From Lama glama (lineage: Eukaryota), in contig CM052817.1 in the NCBI GenBank assembly GCA_028534125.1, positions 14,448,001 through 14,512,000 on the forward strand: DNA of 64,000 bases, written 5' to 3'. Numbering within the stretch: the stretch's first letter is position 1; each line of letters opens with the position of its first letter. This document shows positions 52,640-64,000 of this stretch, piece after piece. The position numbers were made by a program, and so were the translations under genes. The notes under the pieces were generated by a model. That model searched no databases, was not told the DNA's origin, and saw nothing but the letters and a program-made list of their open reading frames with translations.

Positions 52640-54195
52640 TGAGGCATATCCATATATCCTTGCTAACACTTGGTATAGCTTTTCTTTTCTTTTTGATGCT
52701 AGCTATTCTAACAGGTATGAGGTCATATCTCATAGTAGATTTTTTATTTGCATTTCTCTGGTGATTGGTGATGTTAAGCATCTTTTCATGTATCTTTTGG
52801 CCATTTGTACATCTTTTGAGAAATATTTATTCAGGTCCTTTGCCCATTTTATAATTGGGTTATTATTATTTTTTTGGTATTGAATTGCTTGCATTCCTTA
52901 TATATTTTGAATATTAATCAATGTATGAACATATGTAAGGTTTGCAAATATTTTTTCCCATTCTATAGGCTGTCTCTTCACTCTGTTGACTGTTTCCTTT
53001 GCTGAGCAGAATCTATTTAGTTTGGTGCAATCCCTTTTGTCTATTTTTGTTATTGTTACCTAAGCTTTAGGGGTCATATCCAAAAAATCATTGTCTACCA
53101 ATGTCAAGATTTTTCTTCTAATAGTTTTATGATTTCAAGTCTTACATTTAAGTCTTTAATCCATTTTGAATTAATTGATTTTTGTGTATGGAGTGAGATA
53201 AGTGTCCAATTTTGTTGTTCTGTATGTGGAAAGCAAGTTTTCTAACATTTATTGAAGAGACCATCCTTTCCCATCGTGTATTTTTGACACCTTTGTTGAA
53301 GATCAATTGACCATAAAGGTGTGAACTTATTTCTGGGCTCTCTACCCCATAGCATTGATCTACATTTCTGTATTAATACAAGTACCATGCTGCTTTGATT
53401 ACTAAAGCTTTGTAGTATATTTTGAAATCAAGTGGTATAAAGACCTCGACTTTGTTCTTTTTGCTCAAGATTGCTTTGGCTATTTGTGGTCTTTTGTGGT
53501 ACCATATGAATTGTAGGACTGTTTTTTCTATTCCTGTGAAAAAATGCCGCTGGAATTTTGATAGGGATTGCTACCAAATAGGGATTTCTCTGGGCATCTT
53601 AACAATGCAATTCTTCTAATCCATGTACGTAAGATATTCTTCCATTTATTTATGTCTTTTCAATTTCTTTCATCAATATTTTATGTTTAAATGTACAGAT
53701 CTTTCACTTCCTTGGTTAAAGTTTTTCCTAAGTATTTTATTTTTTTGATGCTATTTTGAAGGTATTTCTTTTTGGATAGTTTGCTGTTAGTGTAAAGACA
53801 TGCAACTGATTTTTGTATGTTCATTTGGTATAATGTAACTTTACTAAATTTGTTTATTAGTTCTAACAATTGTGTGTGTATGTGTGTGTGTATAGTCTTT
53901 ACAGGTTTCTATATATAATATCATGACATCTGCAAATAGAGGCACTTTTACTTCTTTTCCAATTTGGAGGCCTTTGATTTCTTTTTCTTGCCCAACTGCT
54001 CTGACTAGGACTTCCAGTTCCATATTGAATAGAAGTGACAAGATGGGGTATCTTTGTCTTGTTCCTGATGTTAGAGGAAACACTTTCAGCTTTTCAGAGT
54101 AGAGTATGAAGTTAGCTGTGGACTTATTATACATGGCCTTTAGTACGTTGAATTATTCCCTTCTATACCTAATTTGTTGGAAATTTTAATCCAAA
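52640..54195 (-). mobile_element. L1 (L1MA/MB-like) ORF2 RT-to-C-terminal fragment, degraded
   Basis: [33 protein letters not shown] (RT motifs) and [18 protein letters not shown]-like..KIKYLG; many stops and frameshifts. Confidence 0.92.
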
Positions 54196-55690
54196 AGCTC
54201 TCTTTTACACATAGCTCTCGAATCTCCTTTATTTGACTTGGTCACTCCCTGCTTCTCTCTTAATAGAATGGCTTCTACCTTGAGGCTATCAGGCTATAAT
54301 GGACCACATCCTTAACCTTTTCTTTGCCTCAAGGCTGGATCCTTACGGAATTTAATTGCTCAAAGTAATTCCCAATCTTGTGTCTTCTACTCAGTGTGGT
54401 ATAGAAGCATTTGGCTTTTCCATTCTCCAAGATTTCATATTTCTGGGCTCTTTTTATATCCTTTCATTTCTGCTGACAAATTCTCACCTCTATTAACACA
54501 ACATGAACATAAATGCTCTTTTCAATCACTTTTCCTAAAGCTGCCCCCATAGGAGGTTTACTGTCTATCTTTCAACTAATTATACGAAACAGGTTTCACC
54601 AAATGTTTTGCCACCACATAACATGGGTCACTGTCTTTCCACCTCTGCCATGTGTTTCTTGCCACTTGCTTCTTGGCCACTAAATCAAAGATACTGACTT
54701 CAAATTTGTGTCATGGCAGCACTCTATTCCAGTATCCATTTCTCTCTTAGGAGAAATAACACTAACTGGTAAAATAATTAACTTCAACACCTCAGTGGCT
54801 TAACAATGTAAAAGTTTATTATTTAATTGTTCACTGTCCAGTGAGGTTGGAGCAGGATTCTTCTTTATAACATCAGAGATTCAAGCCTTTTCCATTTTAT
54901 GATGCCACCATTCAACCCATGGCTCCTGGGTTCACCATGAGGAAAGAAAGTGAATAACAGAGAACTGCACACAGGATATCTTTATGGTCCAGAAGTATGT
55001 TACTGCTGCTTCGCTCCACTGGCCAAAATTGTCACAGAGACAAATCCGATGGAAGGAGGCTGGCAAATGCAGTTCATCTGTGTGCCCAGGAGGAAAATAA
55101 AATGGATGCAATGATCACAAAGCATTGCTTCTGATTTGAAGTCAGGCAATTGGTTCATTCTTAGTTCTACTACTTTCTAGTTCTGCAGCTTTCTGACAGT
55201 ATTTCTTCATCTGTGCAATGATGGTATTTACACCACAAAATTGCTTTCTTGTGGAGAATTCTAAATCCAGTCCAACTATTAATTAAATACAGGTAAAATG
55301 AAGGCATTTTCAGAACTGTAAGATGTGGTAGAGGTCATTTTTTTCTTTTCTTTCTTGAAATTAAGAATGGATATGTTAAAAAAAAAAAAAAGAATGGACA
55401 AGTAACTAATTCTGGCCGACAGAATATGAGAAATGAAGTCTGTCAGTTCTGAACTGAGACAGTGACAGATCCCCTGCTCCCCCAACCCCTCAGCTCCTTT
55501 GACCTTAGAATACAATTATTATGTCAATAAAAGATCATAAAAGATGGGAGTGTGCCTGTCATCTTGGGTTCCAGAATAATTATATAAATGAACATGCCCA
55601 CCTCCACTGCACAGGTACCATGAACAAGCAACAAACATTTGTTTGATTAAGCAAAGTAAGATTTGGGGGTTAACAGGCTTACAAAGCCTG

Positions 55691-55897
55691 ATGGTTCTCA
55701 ACCAGAGTTGATGCTACCCACCAGGGGACATTTAGCAATGCCTTGCAATACCTTCAGGTTCCCACAACTGAGTGTTTCTGGTACCTAGTGGGTACAGCCC
55801 AGGGATGACGCCCAGCATACCACTACGCACAAGACAGCCTCCTTCAGCAGAGAATTATCTGGCCCCAATGTCAATAATGCTGAAGTTGAGAAACCGT
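55691..55897. mobile_element. MER20 hAT MITE
   Basis: ggttctcaacc..ccaggggacatttagcaatg..cagagaattatctggccccaatgtcaataatgctgaagttgagaaacc. Confidence 0.85.
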
Positions 55898-57357
55898 AAT
55901 AGCCCATCCTGACTAATAAACAATATCTCAAAAATGTTTCCTGCAGTTCTTCTGGGGAAGCTACTAAACAATGTGCTGACACAAGAGATGTAAATCAGCA
56001 AGTGGGACTCAAGAACTGAAGGGACCAACCTTGAAGAGAGGGGGTTCTCAGGCAGAGGTGACAGTGTGACCCCAGATGCAGCAAGCCTACACATCAGCCA
56101 GTTCAAAGGAGGAAAACGGGGTAAAGAGTTACAGGAATAAGACCCTCTGGGGGAAAATGATATGCTGATTGATGAATATGAATGTATTAACAACAACTTC
56201 CAAGTTCTGTTCAAAAGTCTGGGAATTAGATTCAGAGAAAATTAAGTAATTGAAAAATAAAACTTACTCAAGCAGAGTTGTACAAGAAAGGGAATGGTAC
56301 ATGATAAGATACACAGTACAATAAACAAAACCTGTGAATTACATGTAAGTTTCATAGCAATAAAACAAAGACATTGATACAACCAAAATGTATCCTTTAC
56401 CTGTATTGCCAGGCTGGGAAAAGTCGAAGTGTGTGTAAGACAGTGTGTGTGGGAGGAAGGAATTAAAAAGTTAAATCCTCATCTTCTCCTATAAGAAGTC
56501 AATGGACAATATTTAAAATGGAAAATCAAGAAATAGCGATGTAAGCAGGTCACTTAGATATACAAGGCTAAATGCCCAAAGCGGTAGCTAAAAATAAGTT
56601 AAAACTAATTACTTTTATAAAGACGGAAATTGGGAGAAGGAGTGAGGGCACTGCTTCTTCATTATAAGCTTAATAGTACCACTTAATTTTTTAAACCATG
56701 AACATAGATTGGTTTTTGCAAAAGCAAAAAAGGTTTTACAAAACTCAGGGCAAAGTAAACCCACTTTCAGGCATTAATAAGATACAACACATAGGAAAGT
56801 CTTCTGTAATGTGTGAACTGCTCTGTGGAGGCTGGTCGTGGTGAACATTATAGCTGATGCTGAGGATGGTGCTGATAACGGAGCTCAGGCCTCAGCGCAG
56901 GTGCTTCCGTGTATTGGCTTATCCCTGTCACGGGCGGCCATCAGCACGCAAGATGAAGTGCCACGGCTGTTATCCAGTTAGTTATCCAGAAAGGAGAAGG
57001 CTTGCTTGCTGCCAATTACCCAACCACCTTTACTCAGTGTCTCCCTTGTGGGAGGTATGGACCCCGCCCTCAGAGTCCCAGTGGCAGGGTAGGGCTATAC
57101 CACCCTCACCACAAGGTCTGACCTTGATTTAGGACACTTCCTGGCCAGGAGGTGTTCTCAATTGGGCCCCCTTCTTAAATTCCCTTTCACCGGGAGCTGA
57201 TTATTATTTATAAGGACACAGTACTATCAGATTCCTTTCCTACCACCCCGAGCCTCTGGCCTACTCGCCACCTTTCCAAAATCAGGATAAACGGCATGCC
57301 ATTCTTTCTTAGGCTAGAGTCAGCTTCCACTCTCCTCTCTAGAGCTGGAAATGTAAG

Positions 57358-57630
57358 TCACAGTGCAACACAGCACAGCAGATAAGAACGCGGCACTGGA
57401 AAGAGCATATGTGAGTTGGGATTCCAGCCCTGCTGCTTTCTAAGGTTGTGTGACCTTGAGGAAATTACTTAGCCTCTCTGTGCTTCACTTGATTCATCTA
57501 TAAAAAGGAGGTAAGAAGAAGAGTCCTTGCCTCATACGTTTGATATAAGGATCAAAAGAGTTATTAAATGTAATACTAAGCATGGTTTCTGGCACACAGC
57601 AAAGCTACACAGATAGCAACGAATATTATT
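57358..57630 (+). mobile_element. MIR SINE, near full length
   Basis: gtgtgaccttgaggaaattacttagcctctctgtgcttca..catctataaaaagg..cctcata..tctggcacacag. Confidence 0.85.
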
Positions 57631-60600
57631 ACAGCACCCAGCAAAACTGGTTAACTGTTAGCTGTCGATGTTATTGTTAATATTATTATCATCACTGCTT
57701 AAACAGCACCAAGCACATAACAGGCACTGAAAAACATTCATAAATGTGACCGACTCACAGAACACATTCACAAAGAGCTGCCCCCATTCCAGCTACACGC
57801 ACCACAACAAGATGCAGTTACAGAACTGCAATCACACACTCCTAAGGAAAAGATGGCTCAGTCTCTCTCCCAGTGTTCCTCAACACAGCACGTGACAGAT
57901 TTACCTCTGGAACGTTCTAAAAAGATCTAAACCACTCACCGTATAGGGCAGCCCCACTGAACGACTCTCAAAATCTCAAACCAGCCAAGCAACGTAGGCC
58001 TCAAGACATCAGGGCGTACAGCCTCGAATGCGGCTTCCTGAGGTCTTCCTCCTTCACCCTTAGCTTCATGCCTCCCACACTTAGCAAGGGCAACACTGTC
58101 AACTAAAAAGCTTAAATGTCTCCTCCTTTGGGTGTCAGCACTGATCACGCCACCTGTCAGTTTTTCCGTAACACTCATCCACTTCTGTGATTCCAAAGCA
58201 TGTCTGTCCGGATACATGTGTTTGCTGACTCTGCACATAGCTCTCTGAGGAGGGGAACTACTGTGCCTTCTTTCCACTCTACATGCAGTACCTACTCAAG
58301 ACCCGGTCACATATTATAGACTTCTAAAAAAGACACACTTCTTGCAAATGAGGAAGTTATAGTCGGTTTCCTACAGGAGGCGATCTGTGGGCTAGACTTG
58401 AAAAGTTTTTCACACTATAACTTTTCTAGAATAACATGAGATTGGATAATATTTTGCACATGGTTAAAATGTGCTGGGGCTTTGGTTTTCAATTTACTTC
58501 GAATTACGAGATTCCATCAAAACTGGAATTGAGAATTCTGAAATACAGAAATTTCACTTGCATACTAGGAAAGCATATTGAAACATATTTTTTCTTGTTT
58601 CTTGAATAAGCAATACATTAAAAAAATGCAAAAGAGCTCAAAGAACAATGGCAAGTCTGTACTATCTAGGTTTCTAAAATGAAGACAACATAAAGCCAGT
58701 TTCATCTCTAAAGAACATCACAGTTAAAGTAAAATAATTGTTGTGTAGATCGTAAATACCTACTAGCTTATGATGGTAAAATGAGCAAGTGATCATCTTA
58801 GACAGATGGTCTGGATTTAGACAGATGATTGTTTATTTCTGTTTATTTCTAATAGTGCCAAAAACTGGGGTGTTTCAAAATAGGCCAATATTTGACATTC
58901 AAAAATAAACAAAATTGTGACTTTGCCCATCCCCAATGCACACACACACAGGGTCACAGCTTTTCAACTGTGAGCAATGTATTCATGCAAGTGCTCTGTG
59001 TCACTAAAGATACAGAACTGTTTTTTAATTACATCATATGCAATTGTCTACTCTATCACCCTTATATTTTAGGACAACTTTTTAAAAAATGACACCTTTG
59101 ATATGTATGCTCTAAAAGATGACAACCATCTTTTCATACTGAGAATTGACCACAAATTAAGTATTTGACAAGAAATTGTGGTTTGAATATTACACCTGCC
59201 TGTGTCCTGAGCACAAGGCAGGTATGTTCTATAGTATTTGATCTCTTGGCTGGCAGGCAAAGAATAACAAGCCAGAGTCGCTGCATTTAAGGTGCAAACA
59301 CAAAGCTAGAAGGGAGGTAGTGAACAGAACACAAAAAATCTATGTCATGCGGGAAACAGTCATGATCATGTCAAGTACAAAGGTCCTGGGGAGAATGTGA
59401 GAAATAGCCAATCTTTCACAGGCTGAAGCTATTAGAATCATAGCTTTGTTTCATCATCTACTACATGTACACAATAATATTCACTATTCAAGAAATATAA
59501 AAGCTTTTAAGGATAAGGAGGATCCACTGTAACTGAATATATCCATTGTATTACTTTATTATTACAGAAGATACATTTACTATAGAAAATTTATAAGATA
59601 TATAAAAAGATAATAAATTACAATCACCACCAAATTCCACCAACTAAAGGATAGGTACCTAATGTTCATTTTACTCTATTTATGTTCATATATAATGTGC
59701 ATATACATGCGTGTATATATGAATATTTATTTAACACATATTTACCATATACCTACTATGTTCCAAGCACTGTTCTGATCTTTGGGACATTCTCACAGAA
59801 GGCAGGTTCTAATGGAGGTAGGGATGGTACAGGACAGTGGGCAGGGGATGGGAAGACAAGCAATAAAAAATAAATGTCATACATAAGTATGTCATATACC
59901 ACATTAGGTGATATTATGAAATTAAGGTACTATAGAAAAAAAGCTATAAGGTGAGACCTGCTATGGCCTATTTACATGGAGTCAGGGAGCAAAGGAAAAT
60001 AACTTAGTGAGACTGGTGTTCAGTTTCTGTAGGATTCTTTCACAGAAGATTTTTAAAGTCCAAACGAAAGAAGAAAACAGAACTTACATTTACTGCCAAG
60101 CCCACCCCAAACTCGAGTGTCCCCAGGATGAGAGTCACACTGAAAGCCCATATGCCACAGGTCTCCATTTAAAAAACATAAATCAAGCCAAAAAGCAGAT
60201 AAATAAAATGCACCCTATTTTCCTAATTTGACAGATAGAAAGCCTGGGAGGCAGGGTTTGAATTTAAAATTCAGGGACTCCTTGGAGTTCTGGCCCAGAA
60301 TAGTGTAGGAGAGGGGCGAGCAGGTCAGGGCCTGACCCACGGCCCGTCTCCGTGTCATTCCACACCTGGTCCTGTCCTGCACCGTGAGGGCCTTCACAAG
60401 CAAGTGTACGGACACCCAAGACCTCATGTGCATGCCGTCTACACAGCTGCCCTGACCCTGCAAAGAGCCCCCTCTTGGCCAAGGCTCAGGCCTCAGGGTG
60501 TTCACACAGCTCCCCGGGGCCCATCCTGAGAGAAGAGACTCATGCAGGCCCTGGAAAACTAGAATAGCCTGGCCAATGTCCCTTGGGTGAAAGGGTCATA

Positions 60601-60679
60601 GCAAGTAGGAAAGAAGACAGAGAGAGAGCTTGCAAAGATCTGCGTTAGGGAGAATCCATGAGGGACCATAAATGAGAAG

Positions 60680-61377
60680 AGGTTTTTTCCTTGACAAAAC
60701 TTCTGACATCAAGCATGAGAGAGGCTTTCCACACCAGCAACCCATTCTCCAGTTCTGGGAATCCAGCAATTCAACTCCACGCGCCTAAGGTCTCAGACTG
60801 AGAAAACTGCCCCCATTTCTGATGCCGGCACGAATGGGGTGTGCAGGCTGCCCACAGATCTGCCCAGCCAACCACAAATTCAGAGCTTCCAACAGCCCTC
60901 CTCAGGTTTGGCAATTCACTAGCATGACTCACAGCACTCAGGAAAGCGCTTTACTTACTGTTACTTCTTCCTTATACAGGACACCACTCAGGAACAGTCA
61001 AATGGAAGAGGAGGTATGGAGAGCTGGGCACAGCACTTCCATTCCCTCCAGCACCTCACTGTTTCACCAACCTGGAAGTTCTCGAACTCTGTTGTTCAGG
61101 TGTTTTTATGAAGGTTTCATTAGTTAACATGATTGATTGAGTCACTGACCATTGGTGATTGAATTCACTCTTAGAGCTAAAAATTCCAGCTCTCTAATTG
61201 TGGCTCGGTCTATCTGGCAACCAGCCCCAACTCTGAAGCTATCTAGGGAGCCCCCAATCACATCATCTCATTAGCATAGGAAGGACATTCATCATTTCAG
61301 AGTTTCTGAGGGTTTTAGGAGCTATATGTCAGGGACCAGGAAGAAGACCAAACATTTATTTTTCTTACTACACCACA
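60680..61377 (-). mobile_element. MER21-type ERVL LTR
   Basis: acttctgacatcaa, ctcaggaaagcgctttactta, atctcattagcatag, gggttttaggagctatatgtcagggaccagg..tttcttactacaccaca. Confidence 0.85.
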
Positions 61378-63759
61378 GGGAGACTCTCTGAGAAGCATAG
61401 CACAGGTCCGGAGAGAATGAGTCAATTCTAATCTCCCTGAAATGTAGAAAAGCTAGTGACAGATGGTGACCACCCAGCCACAGAAGGCTCTGGTCCTTCT
61501 CTCCTACTCTCCTGTCTCCCTGAACCCAGCTATGGAGAAGGCAAGGATATAATCAAAGATGGCGGAAGAAGCCAACTGCATTCCTCTTCCCCAGTGAGGC
61601 GTCTAGATCTGAAGAAGTGCAAGCTGGTGGGAGGTGAGTAGTTCTACATGCGTTATGAGATCAGAGTTTTGATTATTACACTGACAATTGACATTTTACT
61701 TACTGAAATGAGATAGTTCTTAGAACTAAAGAGGATGAAAAGCTGTGGTGTATATCTAAGTTTTCATCCCGGGCAGGGAAAGAAATAGCCCATTAGGCAA
61801 CCATGAAGGAGTAATAGGAGAAAGAATAAAACTGCTTTGTTGGTCTCTCATCACATTCAGCTAAGTCAATGAAGAGTTTATATTACCACTGGGCAGCTGA
61901 GATTTCTTTCTTTACTGTAATTCTACACATTGAGTCATGTGGGGGCCCAAGATTGATTTGGGCTATATTCTTTCTAGTACCTTATCTGTAAAGGAACTCT
62001 ACTATATAATGTTTTTCTTTTTTAAAAAGGGACAATTTAAGGAATAATGTTAGAACAAAGCATTGTTTTAAAGTATCTTTCTTAACAGCACCAATAAAAT
62101 TTTCTCTGGGATTAATATTACCCTGAGAGCTTTCCTATAAGCGATTATTCTTGATTATATATTTTATTTGCATAAAGAGTATTCTTGGCACTGAGTTCCA
62201 CATAATGCTTCCTTCCCTTTGGTGACACGGTCATTAGGAAATTTGATGGATGGTTCAAAGCCTTGGGTCACCTTCTACTTTTTGGAGTGATCAGTGAAGT
62301 GAGCAGTTTCCAAGAGTCAACTGTAGGAAAAATTCAACCCTTGGAGTCATTCAGGTTTGTCTCTCGCAGTTTAGCTGACTGATTTTTCCATCTTTCAATT
62401 AGGGCAAGAAGCTTTCAAAAGAGGAAAATGTTAGCAGTTGTAACAAGACTTTTAAAAAGAAGTTCTTCTTGGAGTTCCTGCCTTCGGTTCTCGTCAGCTT
62501 GTGGGTGATCATCTTTCTTATTACAGCTATTTAGACATTTTTTTCTCCCCCATGAGTCACTCTTCAGAAATGGCATTTCTCCATGATTGACAGGGACTGT
62601 TGGCAAGTAAGTCATCTTGCTTTCAAGTACTGGTGTTTTTTGGGTTTTTTTTAACAAAATATTTCACTAATTTGGGCTTTGTTTGCAAAATATTATAATT
62701 CATTCCATTAGGTGTATCTTCTTCCTCAGACAGCTCATCCAACTATGTGAGATCTTGGACAGATTTAATCAATCATTCTATGAAGAAACTGACTTTACCT
62801 TGGAGTTGACCTCCGAGGCCCAGCTCTTTCAGTTTTGATTTTTTGTTTTTGTTTCCCTCCCCCAGCCACATACCACTCCTTCCACTATCTCTTGGGTTCC
62901 TGAGACCACCTCTACTTTCCCATATTGGTTGGGAGTTTTCAGGACATCATTACTGCTTGGGAATTTTCAGATTGTTATTGCTAAACAGAAAATCAAATAG
63001 TATCTTTCTTATCTCCCTGTACACTTCTTTCTTCTTGTTTCCTTTGCCCAAAATAAGATCCTTACACTTAGCTTCATTCTTTCCTACTCTGCCTCTTCCT
63101 AATGTGTTCACAAATCCTCAAATTGCATAATGTATGTCTTGCCCTAATTAAGAAAACATAGGAAAGAAGTTTTCTGAGTGCTAAGGTCTTAGTAAGAAAG
63201 ACAGGAACACATATAATGCTTCAGAACTTAGCATGTATCCAAGTTAGATCTCAAGTAGGATGAACACGTATCTGAGAATCTTCAAGTGAATAGAACTATA
63301 ATCTCCATGGGAACATAAATTTCATCTATTTTGTTCTTCAGTTTATCCCCAAAATTTATTATAGTACATGGAACATAACATTCATCCAATAGCTATGTGT
63401 TGAGTAGAATGTATGAATAAAAGAAGGAAAGATGGAAAGAATTAAGTAGCAAAGAAGGAAACGAAAACTCCATTTTTGGCCGAATAAAAATGAACTATTT
63501 AAGCTGATGCATGGGATGAGGTCAGAGGAGGAGTAGAGAATGGAGCATGGAACTGGAACCTGATGTTAGCACCCAGCTCAGCACCATGAACACATATCCA
63601 AGATGGTTGGAGAGAAGAACCTCAAGTAGGGATGAAGAGCTGTTCTTTTGGGGAACTTTGTGAGATGGGAGGATACTTTGCCAAAGATGTGAGATGTTCT
63701 GGTTTATCTTTAATTCCAGGATGGCAAAGTGAGCAAAGAGATACTCTTTCCACTTCCAA

Positions 63760-64000
63760 AGAGACAAGGCATGGCTTCAGTACTGTAACTATCCACAGAA
63801 ATACAGCCTTGTATCACTACTTGGATGGTTTGTGACTTGGGGAGAATTGAAAACATGCGCTTGACTTGGGCATCAGTTGAGTCATGGTGAGGCCAGTGAA
63901 GAAGAAAAATAGATGATTGGAGCTTAAATGCAATACGTTGAGGTCCTCCCAGGAAAAACTGGGTTTGAATTTGAAAGGAGCTAGAATTCTTGGATTTTCT
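63760..64000 (-). mobile_element. L2 fragment
   Basis: acttggatggtttgtgac..tacgttgaggtcctc..gggtttgaatttgaaagga; weak similarity. Confidence 0.4.

Larger units (their letters stand above)
51040..55130 (-). mobile_element. Degraded MaLR/ERVL provirus-like block (LTR-like 51040-51465, internal 51470-52620 and 54200-54745, MLT1J-like LTR 54745-55130), split by an L1
   Basis: MLT1-int 5' signature caccaaatgttttgccaccacataacatgg...catggcagcactctattccagtatccatttct adjacent to LTR ctcagtggcttaacaa; assignment of the left part is weaker. Confidence 0.55.

Noticed and set aside
62415..62657. Charged peptide DDHPQADENRRQELQEELL on the minus strand
   Set aside because: No recognised homology and no convincing flanking splice sites
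1..64000. Prokaryote-type systems (CRISPR arrays, operons) or non-retroviral endogenous viral genes
   Set aside because: No regularly spaced repeats, no dense ORFs and no viral protein motifs recognised; a tBLASTx search against viral proteins would be needed to exclude highly decayed elements

Overview
Eutherian mammalian genomic DNA, AT-rich and CpG-depleted, most likely from a camelid: it carries two tRNA-derived SINEs resembling the camelid Vic-1 family and a recently active L1 subfamily. The window looks intergenic or deep-intronic. I could not recognise any host protein-coding gene, RNA gene or CRISPR-type system. The only ORFs resembling known proteins are LINE-1 ORF1/ORF2 remnants. 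Much of the window is interspersed repeats: L1 (young and ancient), L2, MIR, Vic-1-like SINEs, ERV1-type solo LTRs, MER21, MaLR (MLT1) LTRs and a degraded MaLR provirus, and hAT DNA transposons (Charlie1, MER20, MER5, MER53, MER94). There is also a 500-N assembly gap. Family names come from my recall of consensus sequences and need a Dfam/RepeatMasker run; boundaries of old repeats are approximate. The best observations are local structural ones: (1) a 27-nt L1 micro-insertion with a perfect 14-bp TSD; (2) a TSD-bounded composite L1 (5'UTR + ORF1, inverted out-of-order ORF2 pieces, L1MC-like 3' end); (3) a ~108-bp non-tandem duplication beside a microsatellite palindrome; (4) a small CpG-rich patch with a possible minus-strand exon; (5) an AP-1/YY1/splice-donor cluster near 61-64 kb. 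I found no convincing new biological system.
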